DNA of 64,000 nt from Schizochytrium sp. TIO01. Taxonomy: Eukaryota; Protista; Bigyra: Labyrinthulomycetes. Under the pieces are notes generated by a model. It saw only the letters and a program-made list of their open reading frames with translations. It ran no database searches and was not told the origin of the DNA. The first letter of the stretch is position 1. The number at the start of each line of letters is the position of its first letter. Positions 53,873 through 64,000 of the stretch are shown piece by piece. The position numbers were made by a program, and so were the translations under genes. The stretch lies in contig SMSO01000031.1 in NCBI GenBank assembly GCA_004764695.1, forward strand, positions 1,712,436 through 1,776,435. The letters run 5' to 3'.

Positions 53873-56077
53873 TTAATCGATTTGAAATAGAGAATGAAGT
53901 TCAGCTATCTCTACTGCATAAGGGTCAGCGGTGTTGTATTGTGAAACGATGTACATATTATCTTGTTGTGATCGCTTGACTGCACCCGTCGCACCTCCAC
54001 TAATTTGGCGTTCTTTTGCCTCTTTATATGGAATGGGTGCGAATGAAGCAGAACCAAAATCGATCAGAAAAACCTTGACGGGCTCCGAATCACTTGTTTG
54101 ATTTTCAAGGAGAGCAAAGTTTGCAAGACGAATATCACCATGCAAAACACCCAACTTATGTACAGCCTTTAGGCTCTTGACACAAGCAGCCAGCAGTCCA
54201 GGAAGACTCAGTGTTCTACTATCAAGTTTATCTAGACTTGTACCACACTTGGTAGTTGCAATCATGACCCGAGAGAGAGTGAACTCACCCCCAAAAATCA
54301 TAAAGGGTACGTGGATACCTTGAAGTTCTCGCAAAGGTCCAGTGTACATACTAATCTCATTTGCGAAAGTTTGCTCTGCCAAATCAACAAAGTCATGCGG
54401 AAGTGGCCGGCGCATGAATTTGATCACTATCTCGATACCACCTCTCCAGGAAACACTTGAAGTAGTTGCGATTTGTGAAACAGATAGCTTAGTCCAGGAA
54501 TGGTCACACAGTAACGGAATTGACATTTCCTTCATAGTCAAAGGGAGCACATCAATCAATTCTTGATTCTGATTACCATCTTGCGAGGGAAAGTGCTTTT
54601 CAAATATGGATTCCATCCGATTGATGCGCCTGTTGCGATTACGTGCAGATCCCCAGTTCGCCCATTTATGATCCATAAAGAAATAGGTTCTTGTATTTAT
54701 TTTTATGATAGGTCTTTGATTCGCTTGCCTGACATTGAAATCATCAAGGGCACAAAGCAAAAAAGCGTACAAGATTGATGTAAATGATCTGTTTCCCACT
54801 ACAAAAGATTGAACGGCATCGCTTACGTATAGTTTTGCATTCTCGTCAAGTTTGCAGAACCAAGTATTCTCGCCCGTGCTTAGTATGCCAAAACATACAT
54901 TTTCAGCTAGCATATAAGCAACGAGTTGGCTCACTGCATGAAATAGTTGCGTATTGGTTGGAGGCATTTGAACGTCAACAAGCCCTAATTCGTTGGCGTC
55001 GTTCGAAAGCTCTGATTGAGGGCGCATATCAAGCTGCTCTTCTTCAAAAGCAGGGTCATCAACGTAGTTGTCACCATAGTACAATCTACAGATATCAGGA
55101 GAGATAGGTGGCAAAACTGGTTCCAGTCTGCTAGCATCTTCAGGTGAAATTGAGCTAATATATTGGGGTTGGGGCTGTTGGTATCTTCTGTCATTTGGAA
55201 CTTTGTAAGGGGACTTCAGTTCCATTGGACAAAAGCACACGCCACCCACTGTAGCTGCAACATCTATTCTTGTTCCAACGTTGGTAGAAACCTCTGGAAG
55301 GCGTTCGATCATTTTCTCTGGGAAAGCACGGTGAATTACATTAGTGACGCAGTTATAGGGACCAGTAATTAGATCTCGTGCAGAGGCCTCGTTTCCAGCC
55401 AAGTTGAAACTTTCTAAAATGGTAAACGCGTCATCTGTCGCGCTCAGGGTGATGTTTTTACGTTCTAACACATCCAACTTCTCGTCCAGTTGAATGTCAT
55501 TGTCAAAGCTGACCCATCGGAGAACTCGACTAGGAGGAATCATATCACAAGGTTGTGGATTGGTGGTTGTATTAGATTCTGGCATCCAATGAAAACTTCT
55601 GTTAAGACACCGTGCGAGGACAACTTCTGCACGCGGGGATGCTCTAGACTCAGCCGCATCCGCACGAGCCCTCTCTCTAGCTCTTTCCACAGCCTCAGTG
55701 TCTGCACGAGCCCTCTCTCTAGCTCCTTCCGCAGCCTCCTGTAGTGTTTCAAGTGACATTACTGCAGATTGAAACGATTCATTCTCTCCATCATCATTTA
55801 ACATTGAATCCAGGTTTGCGATAGCATTATTAATAATTTCGTGATCTCCCAGCTGAGCAAGTACCTGGTACCGTCTAGGGCGTCTTATCCTACCCACCTG
55901 CCTCACCTGCTCGTCTGTCACAGGATCGCCGTTTGCAAGTCTTAGAATTATAGTAACTATATCATCAAGTGATATAGATAAGTGTGGTGTGCGAGACCTT
56001 GTAGGGTTGGGCCTATCCTGCCTAGATGTGCGGCCGCGCGTATCTCTGCTGCTGCTGCTGCTGCTGCTGCTGCTCAT
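53873..56077 (-). CDS. PD-(D/E)xK restriction-endonuclease-like + kinase-like protein (Crinkler REase-kinase architecture)
   Basis: RIDVA...PMELKSP, AVSQLVAYML...FGILSTGENTWF (REase-like); IVIKF, FANE, LHGDIRLANF, LIDFG (kinase). Confidence 0.75.
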   Translation of the reverse strand: MSSSSSSSSSRDTRGRTSRQDRPNPTRSRTPHLSISLDDIVTIILRLANGDPVTDEQVRQVGRIRRPRRYQVLAQLGDHEIINNAIANLDSMLNDDGENESFQSAVMSLETLQEAAEGARERARADTEAVERARERARADAAESRASPRAEVVLARCLNRSFHWMPESNTTTNPQPCDMIPPSRVLRWVSFDNDIQLDEKLDVLERKNITLSATDDAFTILESFNLAGNEASARDLITGPYNCVTNVIHRAFPEKMIERLPEVSTNVGTRIDVAATVGGVCFCPMELKSPYKVPNDRRYQQPQPQYISSISPEDASRLEPVLPPISPDICRLYYGDNYVDDPAFEEEQLDMRPQSELSNDANELGLVDVQMPPTNTQLFHAVSQLVAYMLAENVCFGILSTGENTWFCKLDENAKLYVSDAVQSFVVGNRSFTSILYAFLLCALDDFNVRQANQRPIIKINTRTYFFMDHKWANWGSARNRNRRINRMESIFEKHFPSQDGNQNQELIDVLPLTMKEMSIPLLCDHSWTKLSVSQIATTSSVSWRGGIEIVIKFMRRPLPHDFVDLAEQTFANEISMYTGPLRELQGIHVPFMIFGGEFTLSRVMIATTKCGTSLDKLDSRTLSLPGLLAACVKSLKAVHKLGVLHGDIRLANFALLENQTSDSEPVKVFLIDFGSASFAPIPYKEAKERQISGGATGAVKRSQQDNMYIVSQYNTADPYAVEIAELHSLFQID

Positions 56078-56180
56078 CGTTGCTGATTTGCTTGCGTTTG
56101 TTTGTCCATCACTCTTGTGCAGAACCCCCGCCGCTCTCTTAAGTAACCCTTATGAATTCTTACTGTGTGCGTTATAAAGA

Positions 56181-57916
56181 TTAAAAGTCGAAATGCTGAC
56201 CTCGAGTTCCGCGGTAACCTGCTGCACTCACATTTTCCTTACCTGAGTGACCACGGCAGAACCGGTCGTACATGAATACAGTAAAGATCATGAAGATCAT
56301 GACCACGAGAAGAATCATCAGTGCAGCCATGGCAGGGTAATCCTGAAAGAGGTTGCCTGTAAAGTTTGAATCTGTTACATCTGCACCCTGATAGTCGCCG
56401 ATACTCATAGACTCAGAGATAGTAAAGTACATCGTGTCAATCTTTGTGTTGTCACCCGTAAATACACGACTTCCACAGCTTCCAAGTACTGCAGTGACCT
56501 GAATATCCATGATGAGGTATGGACGATCGTATTGGTCAGGAAACCACACACTGGGGTTAAAACGCACAAAGTCGACGTTCGCTGAGTCGGCATCGCCAAC
56601 TTCTGTTGTGGACAACCCACATACTTCGTTCGTTACATTAGAATCGAGAACTTCACCATCATTATTCAATGCATTATTACGGCCATGACTAAAGAATGTT
56701 TGGCAACGATCGTCTGAAGTATTATATACATAATATGAACAAAAGATGGGATCTGTGTAGTAGTCGCTAGACTTATCCTTCATGTTGGTAACCTTTTGTC
56801 CAGCATTGATGGATACTTGTGCAACCACATCGTTAGATCCAGTAGGCTCACGGAGAGTTACAAGAAGATTCTTGACGGAGACTTCCATGCTTGAAAAAAG
56901 TGAGTCCGCTCTCCGGCTCCCACACGAACAATGACATCTCTTAGTAGGCTTAAATCTGTATCATCCCGTGAGTAGTTTGTCCAATTTGCTGCCACGCCAG
57001 AATCAAAATTCTGAATCTTGATTGTCGGTGGGAAAATACTTGAAACATCTGTCAATGACAAGATGTTATCTCCACCCACACAAACGGAAGTATCAAACTC
57101 CATGTTTTCTAGATTGGTGTACAGCTCTTCAGCACCATGGACGACGTAAAATAGACTGCTACCGACATACTCTGTAAATTCAAGATCGTCAATATAGCGT
57201 TCTTCGTTGCGAGATAGCACACATTTGTTGGAGGCCGAGAGTTCTACATTTTCACATGTTCTCGTATGCAAAAGATGTTGACATGTTGTCATATTGATCA
57301 TGTTGGTAGCGTCATAAGTTGTGGTACAAGACTGAACAGGCTGAGGGTCCTTGGCTGTGATATCGTGACCAAAGAACAACTTGGAACCACCCAGTGTGGG
57401 GTACACATCTTCTGTGTTGACCTGGATGTTGTCTCCGATTGACTTGGTCTGAACAATAGCCTTAATGTAGGTTTGGGGAACAACATAGTCTTCGGTTGGT
57501 GCACAACGCTCAACGGTTACGGAAATGACGTCTTCTGAGTAGTATGTGAACTGCTCTGCACTTTCGTTGTCAATCTCTACACTCGTTGTGTACGTTAGTT
57601 CAGTACTCGCATCCTCTTCTTGGAAATAAAAGCATGTAGCGTCGGTGTTTTCCACCAATGGATTAATAGTCGTATAGGCAAACAGCTTTGAGCCATCATT
57701 GTAGAAAGACTTTGAACACTGTTTCAACTTTTCATGAGAGATTCTATAAAGATAAGTGGCAGTGTCGAAGTAGGCCGGCTCATCAGGTACTGTAAAGTTT
57801 GTATCATAGGTGAGTGTACAATTTTCAGAATCACCATTCAAATACAGATTCTCGAAGCAGGTGCTATAGCAACGAATCATTGCTGGTCCAAACATTAGTG
57901 ACTTTACATCATCCAT
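56181..57916 (-). pseudogene. Cys-rich type I membrane glycoprotein, frameshifted near 56900 and 5'-truncated
   Basis: Overlapping ORFs 57916-56858 and 56888-56181 read as one protein; many Cys and NxS/T sites; TM MAALMILLVVMIFMIFTVFMY followed by a short basic tail; no signal peptide left. Confidence 0.65.
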
Positions 57917-58492
57917 ACTCCATGATTGGTGCCGATTTCTTTAATGTCAATGATGAGCATCATGGCCCTCACAATTACTCATAACTTCTCATTTTACTTT
58001 GCACTATTATGCTAGCATATACTGAGTCCTTCTCTTGAGTGAGTTTTGACGTCGTCCAAATGTTCTTGTGAGCTTCCCAGGGGCACGCATGTGTGAATCT
58101 ATAGCAGTCCCTACGTATGCTCATCGATAGTAGTTACCTAGGTACTAGGTAGTAGTAGCTTCTTTTTTTCAATCTTTCTGGCAGAATACATAGTTAGGTA
58201 GGTAGCAATATGTACCTTCAGGGTCGTGATGATTAAAGGTTTTATCTTTGTTCCTGCCTCGTTAATACTTACAAAAAAAGGCGAGTCATTATCGATTCCT
58301 CACTCCGTCACCTTGGAATCATTCTTGGCAGTGCCTATGAGATGGTAGGCAGGTTTAGATAGCTACCCAGTAAGCCAAAGCGAAAAGCTGAAAAAGCCTG
58401 AAACTTGAAGCCTGAAGCCAAAACCAAATCAAATTTGGATACGACAGGCCAAGAGTGAGGGCACGCACTAGCAGAAGTACAGGTTCGCGAAG

Positions 58493-59466
58493 ATGGCGAC
58501 GTACCCAGAGATGGCCACCATGAAGACTCCCTATGATGAGCAGACAGTCAAGGAGCTGCAGGCTCTCAACCCGACCTGGCAACACAGCATGATCCGCTGC
58601 AAGGACCCCAAGGTCTCGGTTGAGTTTTACAAGCAGCATTTTGGATGCACTCTCGTCAACGAGTACCACTTCCCAGAGCACAAGTTCTCGCTCTACTTTC
58701 TTGCTACACTCCCTGCAGATCTCGAGAAGCAGTGCCCTGCTCCTGGCACTCCTGAGGCTCATAAGTTTCTTTTTGACTGCCGCAAGGGTCTGGCTATGCT
58801 CGAGCTCACCCACAACCACGGCTCTGAGAACGAGACAGATCTCCCCCTTCGTGATGTGGCAGAACGCCCTCAAATGTTTCACGATGGCAACTCTGATCCT
58901 CGCGGGTTTGGCCACATTGCCTTCAACACGAATGACGTTTATGCCGCCGCTGAAAAGCTCGAGCAGAACGGTGTTCCCTTCAAGAAGCGCCCTGATGAAG
59001 GACGCATGAAGGGCATTGCCTTCTGCCTTGACCCGGACGGCTTTTGGATTGAGCTTGTTCCTGCCCAGCGCGAGGTTGAGGCTGACCGCTACAACCTGAG
59101 CCAGACTATGATTCGTATTACGGACCCCAACCTGAGCATTCCGTTCTACCGCGATCTTTTTGGCATGGAAGTTGTGCGTGAGTCTCACTATGACAAGGAT
59201 AAGGGCGACTTTTCTCTATTCTTTCTCGCCACGCAGACTGAAGAGCTCGAGAAGCTCAAGGCCTCAGGCTGTGAAGCCATTACCAAGACTCTCTGGGACC
59301 CCTGCCTTGAGCTCACATGGAACCATGGTACTGAGAACGAGGAGGGCCCTCAGTACCACAACGGCAACGACACTGAGTTCAACGGCAAGTCTGCCCCCAA
59401 GGGTTTCGGCCACCTCGCTTTCCTGTAAGTTTTGTATCATTGATTGTACTATTAAAAGCTTGTCTG

Positions 59467-59497
<31 letters not shown>

Positions 59498-59813
59498 CTT
59501 TTCGTACAGCGTGCCACATTACTACGTCATGAGCACAGCCCTAATGTGCTAATTTGTCACGATTTACTAACGGTACACCCCAACAAACCTTTGCTGTCTT
59601 TTGTTTTTTTGTATTTTCATATATAGTCTCGACGACGTGGAGAAGTGCTGTGACATTCTTGCCGAGCTTAACGTCCCCTTTGTGCAAAAGACCCAAGACG
59701 GACTCTTCCGTAAGGTCGCTTTCGTCAAGGACCCTACTGGCTACTGGATCGAGCTTATCCAGCGTGACCTCCCCGCGGAGATCCTCATGGGTCAGGCCCA
59801 GAGCAAGCAGTAA
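58493..59813 (+). CDS. GLO1: Glyoxalase I (lactoylglutathione lyase), fused two-domain type, cytosolic; exons 58493-59424 and 59627-59813
   Basis: QHSMIR, LELTHNHG, GFGHIAF, DPDGFWIEL, QTMIR, LELTWNHG, DPTGYWIEL; GT-AG intron restores the frame. Confidence 0.95.
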
Positions 59814-61333
59814 GTCCTGTCAAGATCATTTATTTCAACCGCCTCGTGAACTAGCTTTCATTACCTCTTGTTGATTCCCAACCTAAATATAATTTACACT
59901 CTTCTTTTCTTAATCCTCGCTTGCCATACGCTGATTGATTGCTCATGTCTGGATAGCATTAGTCGTACCTCCTCCTCCCACACGCGCACAACTCAATCGG
60001 AAAGCCACAAAGCTATATCTGCTTCCCCTAGTTTTGGTGCGATATCCCACACACCACCTCCAATTGCCAAATGCTTGGGTCATGCAGCAAACACTTTGCT
60101 CAGCGCCGTCTTCAATTATGCATATTCAACCTTCTCGTTTAAGTCACGGCAACCGATTTCACAAGCCAGGTAGTCAGGTAACCCTTGTCGCCAACTTCCT
60201 GCTTGGTGAACTCTCCTCTCTGTGTATGATCAACACATGAGTCTTTGGCCCATGCTTGAGCAGACTCCAATTACCGATGCCTTGATATAATATTAAACGG
60301 GAGCGATCATGAAGGAACATGTGCCTGGTAATTGCGAGCTCGTATGCCACTTCACGATTGCAAAAATGTACTACGTGGTGCCTGCTGCTTTTCTTGGGCG
60401 TGGTGGTAGCAATTTGGCAACATCTTCTCTCTCTCACTGATTGGACAACCGTCCCTCGACGGAATACCCACACAGATTAAACGTCATTCATGATCAGAAG
60501 AAACGAGATGCTCGGTTCGGCAGCATGGTGGTTGTCTCGGGAACGTTCTGCCCTAGGCTGTCTACCTATGCATTCCGGGGTAGTATGCAAGATGCTCCGA
60601 GAAAACCTCTTTCCCTCACTTGATTTGTGCAAATGATAACTAAGTTTGAAAGGAGACCCTGAAATGAAAGAACCTACGGATAGAAGAGTGCCTACTGCTA
60701 CTACTAAATAGCACCTACTAACTTGTAGTAGTAGGAAGGCAGATATATTTTTATAAATTTTTATAAATTAAAAGTCGTTGAGAAGATATTTTAAGGGAAA
60801 TAAAAAACTATTTCGCCTGTGACTCACTGCTTGGTTTGTCTGAGACATCTCGTCGTTCAGAGATTGAGGGGGTTTGGAGAGAATTGAGGACTCAAGAGCA
60901 CGCACGCTCAACGAGTTATGGCTATGATTCTCTTGGACGAAATCATGGCTCTGATGCCTATAGCCTAATTTCAGCCTGATGATATGCTCAATCTTTCAAC
61001 GTCATGGTGAAATATTGTTTTGATTGCAATAGCCAGCCAGTAGGTACCTATGCTTTCATAGTCCAGAAGAAGGAGAAGAAGAAGAACAGAGCTTTGTGAT
61101 CTTATTTACTAACCTCTAAGAAGTAAGAGCTAGCTAGGCACTCCTGAACATTTGACTTTCCAATCTTCCTACGGGTACTTTGATAGCGCAGATTCTCCTG
61201 CAGCACAGCAGCAAAAACGCTGTCACAAACACCAAACACCAAACACCGGAGCAACCCTTGCTTGCAGAAGTGGCACGTACATAAATAGTTTCAAGGGCTT
61301 AGCCACAGTCGTCAAACCAGGCTCGCTGCAAAA

Positions 61334-62775
61334 ATGTCTGCCGCTCTCCGCATGGGCCCAGCAATGGTGCGCAGAGTCGCCACCGCCGGCGTGGTGTCTC
61401 GTGTGCAACAATCCGTGTCTCGAAACTCCGCCATGCTCCCTCAAAAAATATCTGCTCTTGGAGGTCTCCGCATGAGCACTATCCGTAGTTTCTCCATCAC
61501 CTCAGATTTCATGAACATGCAGAGTCCGTATTCAAAGGAGGATGTCCAAGCTCTTAAAGCTCTCAAGCCTGCTTGGCAACACGCCATGATCCGTGTCCGC
61601 GATCCGAAGGTATCCGTGGAGTTTTATGAAAAGAACTTTGGCTGCAAGTTGGTCAATGTGTACCACTTCCCAAACGATAAGTTCTCATTGTATTTCCTGG
61701 CAACTGTGCCCAAGGAGCTCGAGGGCAACTTGCCGCCAATCGGGTCGCGCGAGGCACACGAGCTCACCTTCAACACCCGTGAGGGCATGGGGCTTATCGA
61801 GCTCACGCATAACCACGGCACTGAGGATGAGACAGACCTCCCACTCAGAGATGCTGCCGGTAGGCCGCAAATGTTTCATGATGGCAACTCGGAGCCGCGG
61901 GGATTTGGTCATATGGCCTTTAACGTCAATGATGTTTATGGCGCTGCCTCAAAGCTCGAGCAGAACGGGGTTCCCTTCAAGAAGCGCCCTGATGAAGGTC
62001 GCATGAAGGGCATTGCATTCTGCCTCGACCCGGATGGCTACTCCATCGAGCTTGTGCCTGCAGATCAGCAGTACGAGCCCGAGCGCTTCACGTTTAGCCA
62101 AACGATGATTCGTGTCAAGGATGCTGAGAAGTCTGTGGCATTTTACCGTGACCTCTTTGGTATGGAGCTCGTGCGTGAGTCGCACTACGACAAGGAAAAG
62201 GGCGACTTTTCCCTTTTCTTCCTGGCTAGTCCTTCCCCAGAGCTTGAAAAGCTCAAGGAGCAAGACCCAGAAACCGTCACTAAGACTAGCTGGGATCCCT
62301 GTCTCGAGCTCACATGGAACCATGGCACCGAGGGGGAACCTGGTCCGGTCTACCACAATGGCAACGACACTGACTTCAATGGCACCTTTGCCCCTAAGGG
62401 CTTTGGTCACACTGCATTCCTGTAAGTTTACTTTCTAACAATGCATTCCTCTGACTGTTGGTCAGCGGCTTGATCTTTGTGAGTGTCATTTATTGGTTGT
62501 ACATGTTTGGGTTTTACTTTATAAACTCATCGAACTAACAGCTGATTATGGTGATGCTGGTTATTTGCCTAACTGTCTGTATATATCTTGATTATGACCA
62601 CAGTGTTGATGATATTGACAAGTTCTGTGACATTCTTGAAAAGCTGGATGTTCCTTTCGTTAAAAAGCCCAATGGTGGTGCTCTGAAGAAGATCGCTTTT
62701 GTCAAGGATCCGACTGGGTACTGGGTGGAGATTGTACAACGTGCTATTCCGGGTAAGATCCTCGGCGTGCACTAA
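61334..62775 (+). CDS. GLO1: Glyoxalase I paralogue with N-terminal mitochondrial-type presequence; exons 61334-62421 and 62604-62775
   Basis: Same motifs and same intron position as the upstream copy; extra ~55-aa R/S/A-rich N-terminus without acidic residues, ending IRSFS. Confidence 0.93.
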
Positions 62776-63489
62776 GTACAACCGTCTCTCCTTGAAAATA
62801 TCTTGTTCACCTCTTCTCTCAGCATGAGAGAAATCAAGCAGGCCTCTTGGTCTGTGAATTTTTAGTGTTTTCAAAACCACTCAGTACGCCCTTTTTGGGG
62901 GGGGAGGGATATCCTACTGCTTAACCCAGAAAAATAACGACTGAGCTACGCACAATATTCACTGGCGTCCTGTTCTTCACCTACAATCTTAATTTTGCTA
63001 AGAGATCCATTTGCATAGCATTTTGTAGACTTGGAAAAACATCTATATAAATTACAATATAATTTTTCCTACTGCACTATCAAATAAATCTCCTGATGCG
63101 TTGAATATATTTCCATCTTATGGCTCCACACACAATCAATAAAAATGATTGTGCAATATATATTGGATTCACTTTTACCTGTAGTGTTGCAAACATTCAA
63201 AGTTGCACAAAGTACTAAATTGAATTGATTGGGATTGAGATGACTCAATAATAGCCCTTACTACGACGACGGTTGTTTTGCCAGCAATTCTTTTTCTCTT
63301 TCCTTTTTTCTGTTTTTTTGCCATCCATAACCTCTTTCAACAGACAGCAGGCCGGCACCACGGCGCGAGCATGCGCGCACGCAGGCCTGCAGGCACGCGA
63401 GCAACGAGCTGCACGCGCCGAGGCAGGTCGCGTGGCACGTATCAGCTCTGCTCGTGCAGGTGCTGTTAGTTCGTGAGAGAGAGAGCGCA

Positions 63490-64000
63490 ATGGAGGATGT
63501 TGGCGAAGATGTAGTGTCGTCTTACTCAGCAGCGTTCATGCGTCGCAGGCATAACAGCGCACCACGGTTCGACCCAGGAATGAGAACAGGCTCCTTTGAC
63601 GGGACAGGGGCTTTGTCAAGTTCTTTCCCGGCCACGCCCTCCGCAAGGCGCCCTGGCATAGCGACAGGCTCTAAACAAAACGTCAAAGCTGGTAGTGATC
63701 TCGACAGCATCAACGATATTGATGAAAGAGGAGACGTCCATAGCAGAATCAACGATGAGAATACTCGTGTAAGCATCCAAAATGGCGTGAGCAATAATGG
63801 CTCAAGAAAATTACAACTCATCCGACGCCGGAAACGAGATCCAATAGCATCAGGAAATATCACATCAGCAGCATCAACAAATGCTAAATCATCGCGAAGG
63901 CAGACACAACCTCGGGGAGGCATTGGGGCAGGATCAAAATCATCAAACTTGGAAGGCCGTATTGGACCTGAACATATAAAGACATCAGAGTTAGGAGGCT
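63490..64000 (+). CDS. 5' part of a hypothetical protein with a disordered N-terminus, runs off the window
   Basis: MEDVGEDVVSSYSAAFMRRRHNSAPRF... open to position 64000, downstream of a GC-rich leader. Confidence 0.6.
   Translation, partial: MEDVGEDVVSSYSAAFMRRRHNSAPRFDPGMRTGSFDGTGALSSSFPATPSARRPGIATGSKQNVKAGSDLDSINDIDERGDVHSRINDENTRVSIQNGVSNNGSRKLQLIRRRKRDPIASGNITSAASTNAKSSRRQTQPRGGIGAGSKSSNLEGRIGPEHIKTSELGG

Larger units (their letters stand above)
46150..57950. mobile_element. Endogenous large dsDNA virus fragment (mirusvirus-like by inference)
   Basis: Intronless, tightly packed ORFs (spacers down to 8 nt) incl. divergent PolB and RPB1-N, with nonsense and frameshift lesions, between host genes; AT-ending codons contrast with GC-ending TPI/GLO1. 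Boundaries approximate. Confidence 0.8.

Overview
Eukaryotic genomic DNA from a thraustochytrid (the 18S looks Aurantiochytrium/Schizochytrium-like), probably the chromosome end just inside a telomere. 1-1930: long AT-rich spacer repeats (~530 and ~415 bp). 2892-8415: one complete minus-strand 18S-5.8S-28S unit with very short ITS. 12.1-18.1 kb: a minus-strand gene built from 13 tandem 84-bp phase-2 exons, each encoding one ribonuclease-inhibitor-type LRR, with variation concentrated on the concave face and clear recombination mosaicism. 18.5 kb: a 5S rRNA gene. 20.1-25.2 kb: a divergently transcribed second gene with the same 84-bp LRR exon design, spliced to a helical + protein kinase + RING1/Rcat (RBR-like E3) exon. 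Ordinary host genes follow (FATP acyl-CoA synthetase, Ysc84/SYLF, BTB-BACK-WD40, TPI, two glyoxalase I paralogues). Between TPI and GLO1 lies an ~11-12 kb intronless, decaying large-DNA-virus insertion (PolB, N-half RPB1 with a nonsense codon, dead peptide-deformylase fold, REase+kinase, frameshifted glycoprotein), most plausibly mirusvirus-derived. The best candidate for a new system is the recombining LRR-exon cassette gene with its head-to-head LRR-kinase-RBR neighbour, a possible diversified protist recognition/immune module. All calls come from reading the sequence; no searches were run.
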